Assembly (NCBI GenBank): GCA_937872065.1
Contig: CALMRA010000288.1
Location: 4,817-68,816 of the forward strand
Direction: 5' to 3'
DNA from: an uncultured Eubacteriaceae bacterium
GTDB taxonomy: Bacteria > Bacillota > Clostridia > Eubacteriales > Eubacteriaceae
Length of the DNA stretch: 64,000 bases
Positions 50,672-58,705 of the stretch are shown here, piece by piece; positions within the stretch are counted from its first letter, which is position 1, and the number at the start of each line of letters is the position of its first letter. The notes beneath the pieces were generated by a model, which saw only the letters and a list, made by a program, of their open reading frames with translations, did not search any database and had not been told where the DNA came from. The position numbers and the translations under genes were made by a program.

Positions 50672-52078
50672 ATGACTATCGATACTCAGGGTCTTGAGGC
50701 GATTATCAAAAAAGTCATGGACACCATCGATTTTGCAGAAGAAACCGGCCGTCCGCTGACAGACGGAAAAGACGGTATCTTCGAAGATATCGATGACGCG
50801 ATTGCAGCTGCCGCCAAAGCCCAGAAAGAGTACATGAAGCTGCCGATGGCGACGCGCACAAAGATTATCGACGCGATCCGCAAGGAGCTCGGCAAAAAAG
50901 AAAACATCGAAACGATCTGCAGCAAGGTCGTTGAAGAAACCGGTATGGGAGACTATGACTGCAAGCTGATCAAGCAGAAGCTCGTCGTAGATAAAACTCC
51001 CGGCGTCGAAGATCTCGTTACGGAAGCCTTCACAGGCGACGACGGACTGACGCTGGTGGAACTCTCACCATTCGGCGTAATCGGAGCGATCACACCGACG
51101 ACAAATCCGAACGAAACGATTATCTGCAATTCCATCGGCATGCTCGCGGCAGGCAATACGGTTGTATTCTCGCCGCATCCGCGCTCGATCGAATCCTCGC
51201 TGATAACGGTAAGACTTATTAATAAGGCCATCGCGGCAGCCGGCGGACCGGAACATCTGGTCAACACGACATCGAAGCCGTCGCTTGAAGCCAGCCAGAA
51301 GCTGATGAAGAATCCGGCGATCCGGATGCTCGTCGCTACAGGCGGTCCCGGCGTTGTTCACGCGGTTCTGTCAAGCGGCAAGAAAGCCATCGGAGCGGGG
51401 GCAGGCAATCCGCCTGTACTCGTAGATGAAACCGCCAATATTGAAAAAGCGGCGAAGGATATCATCGACGGCTGCAGCTTTGACAACAACCTGCCGTGCA
51501 TCGCGGAAAAGGAAGTCGTCGCGGTAGACCAGATTGCGGATTACCTGATCTTCAATATGAAGAAAAACGGCGCGTTCCAGATCACCGACAGAAAAGCGAT
51601 CGACAAGATTGCTGAAATGGTCTATCCGGGAAGTCTGAACCGCGATTTCGTCGGAAAGCCCGCGACCTATATCGCTGAAAAAGCCGGAATCGAAGTTCCG
51701 AAGGACACACGCGTTCTGATCATGGAAACGTCTAAGGATCATACCCTCGCAGTCGAAGAGCTGATGATGCCGATCCTTCCGATTGTCCGGGTCAGCGACG
51801 TCGACGAAGGAATCGATGTTTCCGTTGAGCTCGAACACGGCAACCGCCATACCGCGATGATGCATTCGCGCAACGTTGAAAAGCTCAACGAAATGGCAAA
51901 ACGCATTCAGACGACTATTTTTGTTAAGAACGGTCCGTCCTATGCCGGCATCGGCGTGGGCGGAGAAGGATACACGACGTTTACGATCGCCGGCCCCACA
52001 GGGGAAGGTCTCACCTCGGCGAAGGCGTTCGCACGCAAGAGAAGATGCGTCCTCGTAGGCGCGTTCAACGTTCGCTGA
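50672..52078 (+). CDS. pduP: CoA-acylating propionaldehyde dehydrogenase
   Basis: 468-aa aldehyde dehydrogenase fold with a catalytic-Cys context FDNNLPCIAEKE and an N-terminal amphipathic targeting-like helix. Confidence 0.9.
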   Translation: MTIDTQGLEAIIKKVMDTIDFAEETGRPLTDGKDGIFEDIDDAIAAAAKAQKEYMKLPMATRTKIIDAIRKELGKKENIETICSKVVEETGMGDYDCKLIKQKLVVDKTPGVEDLVTEAFTGDDGLTLVELSPFGVIGAITPTTNPNETIICNSIGMLAAGNTVVFSPHPRSIESSLITVRLINKAIAAAGGPEHLVNTTSKPSLEASQKLMKNPAIRMLVATGGPGVVHAVLSSGKKAIGAGAGNPPVLVDETANIEKAAKDIIDGCSFDNNLPCIAEKEVVAVDQIADYLIFNMKKNGAFQITDRKAIDKIAEMVYPGSLNRDFVGKPATYIAEKAGIEVPKDTRVLIMETSKDHTLAVEELMMPILPIVRVSDVDEGIDVSVELEHGNRHTAMMHSRNVEKLNEMAKRIQTTIFVKNGPSYAGIGVGGEGYTTFTIAGPTGEGLTSAKAFARKRRCVLVGAFNVR

Positions 52079-52099
52079 AACGCCGGTTAGGAGAGAGTC

Positions 52100-53428
52100 A
52101 TGGGACAGAATCTCGTAGAACTGGCCCGCAGCGGTGGAATTGTCGGCGCCGGAGGCGCCGGCTTCCCCACGGCGGTCAAGCTTGATGCGACATGCGATAC
52201 CGTTATCGTAAACGGCGCGGAATGCGAACCTCTGCTTCGTGTGGACCAGCAGCTGATGGTTGACAAAGCGGAAGAAATGCTTGAAACGCTGGCGGCAGTC
52301 GTCGAACAGACGGGTGCGAAGGAAGGCGTGGTCGGACTGAAGAAGAAGTACGTTCCGGCGATCAATAAGCTTAATACGCTCCTTCCGAAATATCCGAAGC
52401 TGCGTCTTTTTATTCTGGAAAATTTCTATCCGGCCGGAGACGAACAGACACTGGTTTACGAAGTGACAGGAAAGAGCGTTCCGGAAGGCGGGATCCCGCT
52501 TAATGTGGGCGCGCTCGTCATCAACGTCGAAACACTGCTTAACCTGTACAACATGGCAGAGTATGATAAGCCGGTTATCGATTCGTATATTACGGTGACG
52601 GGAGCAGTCAGAAATCCGGTCACGGTGCTTGTTCCGATTGGCATCACGGTTCGCGAAGCCCTCGAGCTTGCCGGCGGACCGACCATCGACGATTACGCCG
52701 TGATAAACGGCGGCCCGATGATGGGAAAGATCGTCAGTCCGGATTCTCAGATTACAAAGACGACAAAGGGGCTGATCGTACTGCCGAAGGATGCCCGTGT
52801 GATCGAATCAAAGACGAGACCGGTCTCCCGGTCGATTCGTGATGCGGCGTCCGCGTGCATGCAGTGCTCGCTGTGCTCGGAGGTCTGTCCGCGCCACAGG
52901 CTCGGTCATAATCTCGAACCGCACAAGCTGATGAGAATAGCGGCTTACGGGAATACGCTTGACAGACAGGCCCTCGCGACGACGGCGTTTTTGTGCTGCG
53001 ACTGCGGACTTTGCCAGTATGCCTGCGTCATGGATCTGCAGCCCTGGAAGTTCAATCAGGAGTTGAAGCGCCAGTTCGGAGCTGCCGGAGTCAGAAATCC
53101 TCACCACAGCAGCGACGTACATGCGATTCGTTTCGCGGATACCCACCGTTTTGATGTGCACAGACTGATCTCACGTCTCGGGCTCGCCCGCTACGACGTG
53201 CCGGCTCCGATGATTCCGGACCGTCTTGATTACACCACCGTTTCGATCCCGCTGTCTCAGCATATCGGTGCTCCGTCGACGCCTGTCGTAAGTGTCGGCG
53301 ATACTGTCACGCGCGGTCAGCTTATCGGAGACATTCCGGAAGGAAAGCTCGGAGCGAAAATATTCGCCAGTATTGACGGAACGGTCACGGACATCAGCGG
53401 TAACAAGATAACGATCAGCGCAGCATAG
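52100..53428 (+). CDS. pduS: cobalamin reductase, RnfC-like Fe-S flavoprotein
   Basis: GGAGFPTAVKL nucleotide motif and two 4Fe-4S motifs, CMQCSLCSEVCP and CCDCGLCQYAC. 442 aa. Confidence 0.85.
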   Translation: MGQNLVELARSGGIVGAGGAGFPTAVKLDATCDTVIVNGAECEPLLRVDQQLMVDKAEEMLETLAAVVEQTGAKEGVVGLKKKYVPAINKLNTLLPKYPKLRLFILENFYPAGDEQTLVYEVTGKSVPEGGIPLNVGALVINVETLLNLYNMAEYDKPVIDSYITVTGAVRNPVTVLVPIGITVREALELAGGPTIDDYAVINGGPMMGKIVSPDSQITKTTKGLIVLPKDARVIESKTRPVSRSIRDAASACMQCSLCSEVCPRHRLGHNLEPHKLMRIAAYGNTLDRQALATTAFLCCDCGLCQYACVMDLQPWKFNQELKRQFGAAGVRNPHHSSDVHAIRFADTHRFDVHRLISRLGLARYDVPAPMIPDRLDYTTVSIPLSQHIGAPSTPVVSVGDTVTRGQLIGDIPEGKLGAKIFASIDGTVTDISGNKITISAA

Positions 53429-53444
53429 GGCAGGAGATTTTATT

Positions 53445-53993
53445 GTGAAAAAAGCATTAGGATTTATCGAATTCAAAACAATTCCGGTAGGTATCGAAGC
53501 GACTGACGAAATGCTAAAATCCGGAAACGTTGAGCTCGTCACATCGACTCCGATCTGCCCCGGCAAATTTATGACGATTATTTCCGGCGATGTCGGAGCC
53601 GTACAGTCTTCGATCAAAACCGGAGAACGGATCGGAGATTCATACGTGATCGATGCGTACATGATCTCCAATATCAATGAAAAAGTCATGCCGGCGCTGA
53701 CAGGAACGATGCCGATGCCGGAGATCGAATCTCTCGGAATGGTCGAAACGATCGACGGGATCTCTTCGATTCTTGCGGCGGATGCGGCGGCGAAGGCTTC
53801 GAACATCGAACTGATCGAGATCAGGATCGCACGCGGTCTCGGCGGGAAAGCGTATTTTATCGTGACCGGGGAAGTATCGTCGGTCAAACGGGCGATTCAG
53901 GCGGCGATCGATGTGCTCAAGGAAACCAGCAGCATTACGAGCCACACTGTTATCGCGCGTCCGCATAAGGATCTGAAAAATATACTCGCATGA
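53445..53993 (+). CDS. pduT: tandem-domain BMC-T shell protein with pore cysteine (PduT-type)
   Basis: 182 aa with two BMC repeats. Cys38 in TSTPICPGKF is at the position that ligates the pore 4Fe-4S cluster in characterised PduT. GTG start after AGGAG. Confidence 0.85.
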   Translation: MKKALGFIEFKTIPVGIEATDEMLKSGNVELVTSTPICPGKFMTIISGDVGAVQSSIKTGERIGDSYVIDAYMISNINEKVMPALTGTMPMPEIESLGMVETIDGISSILAADAAAKASNIELIEIRIARGLGGKAYFIVTGEVSSVKRAIQAAIDVLKETSSITSHTVIARPHKDLKNILA

Positions 53994-54000
53994 ACATTTC

Positions 54001-54022
54001 GGCTCAGGCTTCCACCTGAGCC
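54001..54022 (+). terminator. hairpin after pduT without a proper U-tract (leaky terminator or processing site)
   Basis: 8-bp stem ggctcagg / cctgagcc with a 6-nt loop, followed by gttctgctt rather than a T-run. Confidence 0.4.
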
Positions 54023-54093
54023 GTTCTGCTTATCAGCCGCTTCACGAATGATGACGGACATCGGTGAAACTGCTGACGCAGAAAGGAAACTCG

Positions 54094-54864
54094 ATGAAAA
54101 CCATTAGCTTTTTCAATTTAAAAGGCGGATGCGGAAAGACCACGTCTCTGATCAATCTGGGATGGCTTCTTGCGCAGCGGGAGGCGAAAACAGGCGGACG
54201 GGTGCTTCTGATCGACGCGGACATGCAGAGCAATCTGACAAATTCGATTCTCGACTACGATACGAAAAGACACAGTATTTACGATGTCATGACGGGCAGA
54301 CGCGCCGCGCAGGAGGTGATCCTGCCGGTGCGGGATAATGTCGATCTGATCCCGTCGAGTCTGATGATGGCAGCGATCGAGCCGAAGCTTGACAGCGCCA
54401 GAAATAAGGCGTGGATACTTGAAGAGGCGCTGATACCGCTGCAGGACCGTTATTCCTACTGCCTGATAGACTGCTCGCCGTCGTTCAGCACGATGACGAT
54501 AAACGCGATCCTGGCATCTGAACTGATTTTTATACCTGTTCAGACTGAATATTATGCCGTAGACGGTGTACATTTACTAGAGGAAACCCTCTCCTATATT
54601 AATCAGCAATATGGATTGAATAAACAGATTGACTGTATATTCGCATCGATTCACGATAAGCGGAACAACATCAACAAGCTGCAGTACGAAAGCCTGACGG
54701 AAAACTTTCCGGATAAGTTTATGAAGACGGCGGTTAGAAAAAATGTTGCGCTCGTTGAGTCACCGGTTTTCAGAGAATCCATATTCGAATATAAACCATC
54801 TTCAACGGGAGCAGAGGACTACCGAAACCTGTTTAAAGAAATTGAAGAAAAGGGAGAATTCTAA
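54094..54864 (+). CDS. ParA/Soj-family deviant Walker-A ATPase (orphan, no ParB partner)
   Basis: FFNLKGGCGKTT (includes the signature Lys), LLIDADMQSNLT, YCLIDCSPS and IPVQTEYYAVDG align along their whole length with Soj as I remember it. ATG 54094 after GAAAGGA; the ORF-track start 54064 is a GTG. Confidence 0.9.
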   Translation: MKTISFFNLKGGCGKTTSLINLGWLLAQREAKTGGRVLLIDADMQSNLTNSILDYDTKRHSIYDVMTGRRAAQEVILPVRDNVDLIPSSLMMAAIEPKLDSARNKAWILEEALIPLQDRYSYCLIDCSPSFSTMTINAILASELIFIPVQTEYYAVDGVHLLEETLSYINQQYGLNKQIDCIFASIHDKRNNINKLQYESLTENFPDKFMKTAVRKNVALVESPVFRESIFEYKPSSTGAEDYRNLFKEIEEKGEF

Positions 54865-55586
54865 TGGCTGCGAAGAAAAATCTTAAAAACAAACTGGACC
54901 AGCATAACAAGGAAATCAAGAGCAGCAGCGAACTCAACGATCGTCTGGCTGCCGATATTCCAGAAACCGGTCAGGAAGCGCAGGAAGGTCTGTATACGGA
55001 TTCTGTCGAAGCTGCGGATACGCTGGAATCTACGGGAGATACGACACAGTGGCAGCGGCAGAATTCGGCTGAATCTGAAACCGATGCTGCCGTAGAAGAC
55101 GATATGGTCGCGCATCCGGAAGCGGCGGATACTGACAGACCGACCATTCAGTCGCCGGATTCGAAACAGACGCTCAAAGAAGCGGAAGAAGGACTTGGCT
55201 CAGCTCAGGCCGCGGCTTCCGATATTCTTGAATCCACTGGTGACACGACACAGTGGCAGCGCCAGAATTCTGCGGAATCGGTCACGGACGAAGCGGTCGA
55301 AGTGACGATGGATGAAGAAACGCTCAAACGCAGGGCAGTCGAACAGGCGAAATCCATACCTGAAACCGACAGACTGCATTCGGATATTCCGGAAACCCGC
55401 AGGGAAGCTGAAGAAGCCGTGCGGGTGGACAATGTCGAAGCGGATATCGATATCGAAGCGACCGGAGACGTGACGGAATGGCAGGATGCCGGCGCAGAAG
55501 AAGCGGAAACCGACGCGGCAGTCGAAGTGACGGAAACGAAGCCTAAAAGACATGTCAAGGACGACCTGCCGGATTACCTGCTCTGA
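54864..55586 (+). CDS. acidic, Trp-repeat, low-complexity protein; candidate ParA adaptor
   Basis: 240 aa. TAATG overlap with the ParA gene. Lys-rich N-terminus MAAKKNLKNKLDQHNKEIK, three Asp/Glu/Thr-rich repeats, basic C-terminus KPKRHVKDDLPDYLL. Synonymous-only divergence between repeats argues it is translated. No recognisable domain. Confidence 0.75.
   Translation: MAAKKNLKNKLDQHNKEIKSSSELNDRLAADIPETGQEAQEGLYTDSVEAADTLESTGDTTQWQRQNSAESETDAAVEDDMVAHPEAADTDRPTIQSPDSKQTLKEAEEGLGSAQAAASDILESTGDTTQWQRQNSAESVTDEAVEVTMDEETLKRRAVEQAKSIPETDRLHSDIPETRREAEEAVRVDNVEADIDIEATGDVTEWQDAGAEEAETDAAVEVTETKPKRHVKDDLPDYLL
54939..55526 (+). repeat. three intragenic peptide repeats (about 42-53 aa) with a [ST]GD-x-T-x-WQ core
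   Basis: Repeat A 54939-55097, B 55176-55301, C 55368-55526. LESTGDTTQWQRQNSAES is identical in A and B, and IEATGDVTEWQDAGAEEA is the C version. DRLxxDIPET leads A and C. Confidence 0.85.
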
Positions 55587-55602
55587 TTTTTATTGAAGAC
55601 TG

Positions 55603-55636
55603 CAGCTTCCCGGATAACCGGGAGGCTGTTTTTTTT
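55603..55636 (+). terminator. strong terminator closing the ParA-adaptor unit
   Basis: 11-bp stem cagcttcccgg / ccgggaggctg (one G-U pair) with a 4-nt loop, followed by T8. Confidence 0.9.
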
Positions 55637-55674
55637 ATGCTTCTCTTTGTTATACTAAGAGCACAGGAGGAAGC

Positions 55675-57555
55675 ATGAGCTATCTAGCGCTTTACAGAAA
55701 ATACAGACCGTCACGGTTTGAAGATGTTTCCGGTCAGGATACGACCGTCAGAATTCTCAGAAATCAGATCGTTACGGGAAGAATCGGGCATGCTTATCTT
55801 TTCTCCGGCATTCGCGGAACAGGAAAGACGACCCTGGCCAAAATATTCGCGAGAGCTGTCAGCTGTGAGAATCCGCAGGACGGAAGCCCCTGCGGCGTGT
55901 GTCCGACATGCGTAGAGCTCGGAAGAGCCGGCGCGATGGATATCGTTGAAATCGATGCTGCTTCCAACCGCGGTGTCGACGAGATCCGCGATCTCAGAGA
56001 AAAGGTAAAATATCCGCCCACCACAGGCAGTTTCAAAGTCTACATCATCGACGAAGTGCATATGCTCACGAAAGAAGCATTTAACGCCCTCCTCAAAACG
56101 CTGGAGGAGCCGCCTGAACATGCGATCTTTCTGCTGGCGACAACGGAGCCGGCAAAGCTTCCGGCGACGATCCAGTCACGCTGTCAGTGCTTTGAGATCC
56201 ATCCGATCGGAGAGCCGGTAATCGAACGGCGCATGAGGGAGATCAGCGGTCTGGAAGGACTCGTCTTCGACGACGAGGCTTACAGAGTCATGGCTCAGCG
56301 GGCGCATCATTCGATGCGCGACGGACTGAGCCTTCTCGATCAGGCGTCGGACCTGGAGCTGCCCGGAACGATGATCACGGGGACCGAGGTCAGGGAGCTG
56401 CTTGGAACCGCCCGGGAAGACTCTCTGCGGCAGATCGCCGATGCACACAGCAGGCGGGATCCCGGAGCGCTTATAGAGGCGCTGGGCAGACTCAGAGAAG
56501 CGGGCGTATCCGAAAATCTGCTTCTTGAGGATCTGATCAGACACTACAGAGATCTGATTCTGATTCGGGCCGGCGGGGGCGGCGACGCGGAAAACACGGC
56601 TCAGGCGGAAGAATTTGAGCTGTCAGAATTGTACAGGGCGGTTAACGTACTTATAGACGCCCATGCGAAGCTGCGATTCAACAGTCTCAGCGATGTGATC
56701 ACGGATACAGCGCTGCTCAGGCTGTGCGCGGGCCCGGAAGAACCCCGCAGAGCTGCAGCGCCTGCGGGACAGACCGCAGCGACAGGATATGCAGCACCGG
56801 ATAGACAGGCCGCACCAGTTAGACAGACCGCACCGGATAGACAATCCGCAGCGGCAGACCGGACGGCAGAGACGGTACGGCCGGCTGCGGAACCGGCGGT
56901 CAGGTCCGAAGCGGAACAGGCTCCGGCAGGGTATCCGGAAACAGCACAGCGGGTGAGAGCAGAAGCCGAATCGCCGGCTGCTGCGGCTCCGGCAGAACGG
57001 CCGTCCCGTACGCAGAAGCAGAGCGCGGCACCGCGTCAGGCATCCTCAGGGCAGAAGGTCAAGTCCGCCGAGATCAGGAACACCGCGCTTAACAGACTTC
57101 ACGGCAAGATGTCGGAGGAAGTCCTCAAAAGCGCGGAGCTTGTGCGTTCGGGCGGAGCCTTTTATCTGCTGCTCTCTGAGACGGAGTGGGATCTTGAAAG
57201 CCGGCGGGTCAGCTACGCAGTCAGAGAGATTGAAAAGACGCTGGTTGAGATTACCGGACGTAAGGAAGGCCTTAAGGCTGTCGGAAGAGCCGCTTTTGAG
57301 CAGAAGATGCGGCAGTCTCAAAGCAAAGTACATGTTGAAGTACAAAATAAAGAACAGAAAACAGAACGGACCGGTCAGCCTCAGATAAACACGTCCGCGT
57401 CTCCCGCGCAGGCAGCGCCTGTTCAGAAGCAGGAGCCCTCCGTCGGCAGCGCGGACACGCCCGAACAGGCCCCGGCGCCCTCCGGAGCGCCGCCGGATAT
57501 GGAGCGGCTCTTCCGTGAAATCGTGCCCGGCGACTACCCGTATATAAAAAAGTGA
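55675..57555 (+). CDS. dnaX: DNA polymerase III subunit gamma/tau
   Basis: GHAYLFSGIRGTGKTT, zinc module CENPQDGSPCGVCPTC, and IQSRCQ. 626 aa with a low-complexity Ala/Pro/Gln tau linker. Confidence 0.95.
   Translation: MSYLALYRKYRPSRFEDVSGQDTTVRILRNQIVTGRIGHAYLFSGIRGTGKTTLAKIFARAVSCENPQDGSPCGVCPTCVELGRAGAMDIVEIDAASNRGVDEIRDLREKVKYPPTTGSFKVYIIDEVHMLTKEAFNALLKTLEEPPEHAIFLLATTEPAKLPATIQSRCQCFEIHPIGEPVIERRMREISGLEGLVFDDEAYRVMAQRAHHSMRDGLSLLDQASDLELPGTMITGTEVRELLGTAREDSLRQIADAHSRRDPGALIEALGRLREAGVSENLLLEDLIRHYRDLILIRAGGGGDAENTAQAEEFELSELYRAVNVLIDAHAKLRFNSLSDVITDTALLRLCAGPEEPRRAAAPAGQTAATGYAAPDRQAAPVRQTAPDRQSAAADRTAETVRPAAEPAVRSEAEQAPAGYPETAQRVRAEAESPAAAAPAERPSRTQKQSAAPRQASSGQKVKSAEIRNTALNRLHGKMSEEVLKSAELVRSGGAFYLLLSETEWDLESRRVSYAVREIEKTLVEITGRKEGLKAVGRAAFEQKMRQSQSKVHVEVQNKEQKTERTGQPQINTSASPAQAAPVQKQEPSVGSADTPEQAPAPSGAPPDMERLFREIVPGDYPYIKK
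56794..56843 (+). repeat. 36-bp-period repeat in the dnaX linker
   Basis: gcaccggatagaca occurs at 56794-56807 and 56830-56843, encoding APDRQ.. twice within the Ala/Pro-rich linker. Confidence 0.7.
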
Positions 57556-57691
57556 CGGGTCTGAAACACTGGCGCGATTTAGTTTTTCTGTAAAAGATTA
57601 ATGGTATAATGAAATGAAATCGATACAACTATCGAATTCATTCTGTGTTCATCAGGAATGAACGAATTAAAGACAGCAGTGAGAGGTACGG

Positions 57692-58069
57692 ATGGCGAAA
57701 CGAAAAATGCCGATTCCCAGTAGAAAAGGCGGAAAGCCGGCTGGGAACAAAAACGATATGATGAAGCAGATCCAGAAGATGCAGGAGGAGATGCTTAAGA
57801 ATCAGGAAGAACTGGAAGACAAGAGCTATGAAGGCAGCTCCGGCGGCGGAGCAGTCACGGTAACGGCAAGCGGCGCCAAGCGCATCACTGCCGTAAATAT
57901 CGATCCGGATGTTGTCGATGAAGACGATATTGAAATGCTCGAGGATCTGGTGATGACCGCAGTCAACGAAGCGCTCGCCAAGGCTGACGACGAGAGCGCA
58001 AGCCAGATGGAAAAGCTGACAGGCGGCATGGGCGGTCTGGGCGGAATGAATATTCCCGGACTGAGCTAG
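57692..58069 (+). CDS. ybaB: YbaB/EbfC nucleoid-associated protein
   Basis: 125 aa in the conserved dnaX-ybaB-recR order. Coiled N-terminus [12 protein letters not shown]. Confidence 0.9.
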   Translation: MAKRKMPIPSRKGGKPAGNKNDMMKQIQKMQEEMLKNQEELEDKSYEGSSGGGAVTVTASGAKRITAVNIDPDVVDEDDIEMLEDLVMTAVNEALAKADDESASQMEKLTGGMGGLGGMNIPGLS

Positions 58070-58669
58070 TTGAACGCATATCCCAAGGCTCTTTCAACGT
58101 TAATCGAGGAGCTGGCGAAGCTGCCCGGTGTCGGTGAAAAATCCGCATCGAGGCTCGCTTTTCATCTGATTGACGTTCCGAAGGAAGATATCGACGGACT
58201 GATCAGCGCGCTGAACGGCGCGCAGCAGAATATCGGGCTCTGTCCGGAATGTTTTTCGGTGACCGATCAGGAGCTCTGCTCAATCTGCTCGGACCCGAAA
58301 CGAGATCGTTCTCAGATCTGCGTCGTGGAAAACACGCGCGATATTTATGCGATCGAACGGACGCTCGAATATAAGGGGCTTTACCACGTACTGCACGGCG
58401 CGATCTCTCCTCTTGAAGGGATCGGACCGGGCGATATCCGCGCGGCGGAGCTCGTGAAGCGCGTCTCGGGCGGGAATGTCAAAGAAGTGATTATGGCTAC
58501 CAACCCGTCGCCCGAAGGCGAGGCAACCGCGATGTATCTGAAGAATCTTCTGACTCCGCTGGGCGCAGTCGTCACCCGGCTCGCGAAGGGGATTCCGGTC
58601 GGCGCGGATGTAGAATATATTGATGAAATAACACTGATCAAAGCTTTTGAAGGACGGTACAAGATCTGA
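58070..58669 (+). CDS. recR: recombination protein RecR
   Basis: LIEELAKLPGVGEKSA HhH, zinc finger CPECFSVTDQELCSIC and a Toprim domain. TTG start abutting the ybaB stop. Confidence 0.95.
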   Translation: MNAYPKALSTLIEELAKLPGVGEKSASRLAFHLIDVPKEDIDGLISALNGAQQNIGLCPECFSVTDQELCSICSDPKRDRSQICVVENTRDIYAIERTLEYKGLYHVLHGAISPLEGIGPGDIRAAELVKRVSGGNVKEVIMATNPSPEGEATAMYLKNLLTPLGAVVTRLAKGIPVGADVEYIDEITLIKAFEGRYKI

Positions 58670-58705
58670 ACCGCCTTAAAATATAACAAAACAAGGGTGA
58701 GGAAC

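Noticed and set aside
54064-54093. Longer GTG-initiated version of the ParA gene given by the ORF track.
   Set aside because: ATG 54094 is preceded by a GAAAGGA RBS and yields the canonical MKTISFFNLKGG N-terminus. The extra 10 residues have no counterpart in ParA proteins.
57546-57555. A AAA AAG heptamer in dnaX, identical in sequence and frame to the E. coli gamma/tau frameshift site.
   Set aside because: It comprises the last two sense codons before the stop (…I K K *). A -1 shift would extend rather than truncate the protein, and no downstream stem-loop is evident. It is probably a coincidence.
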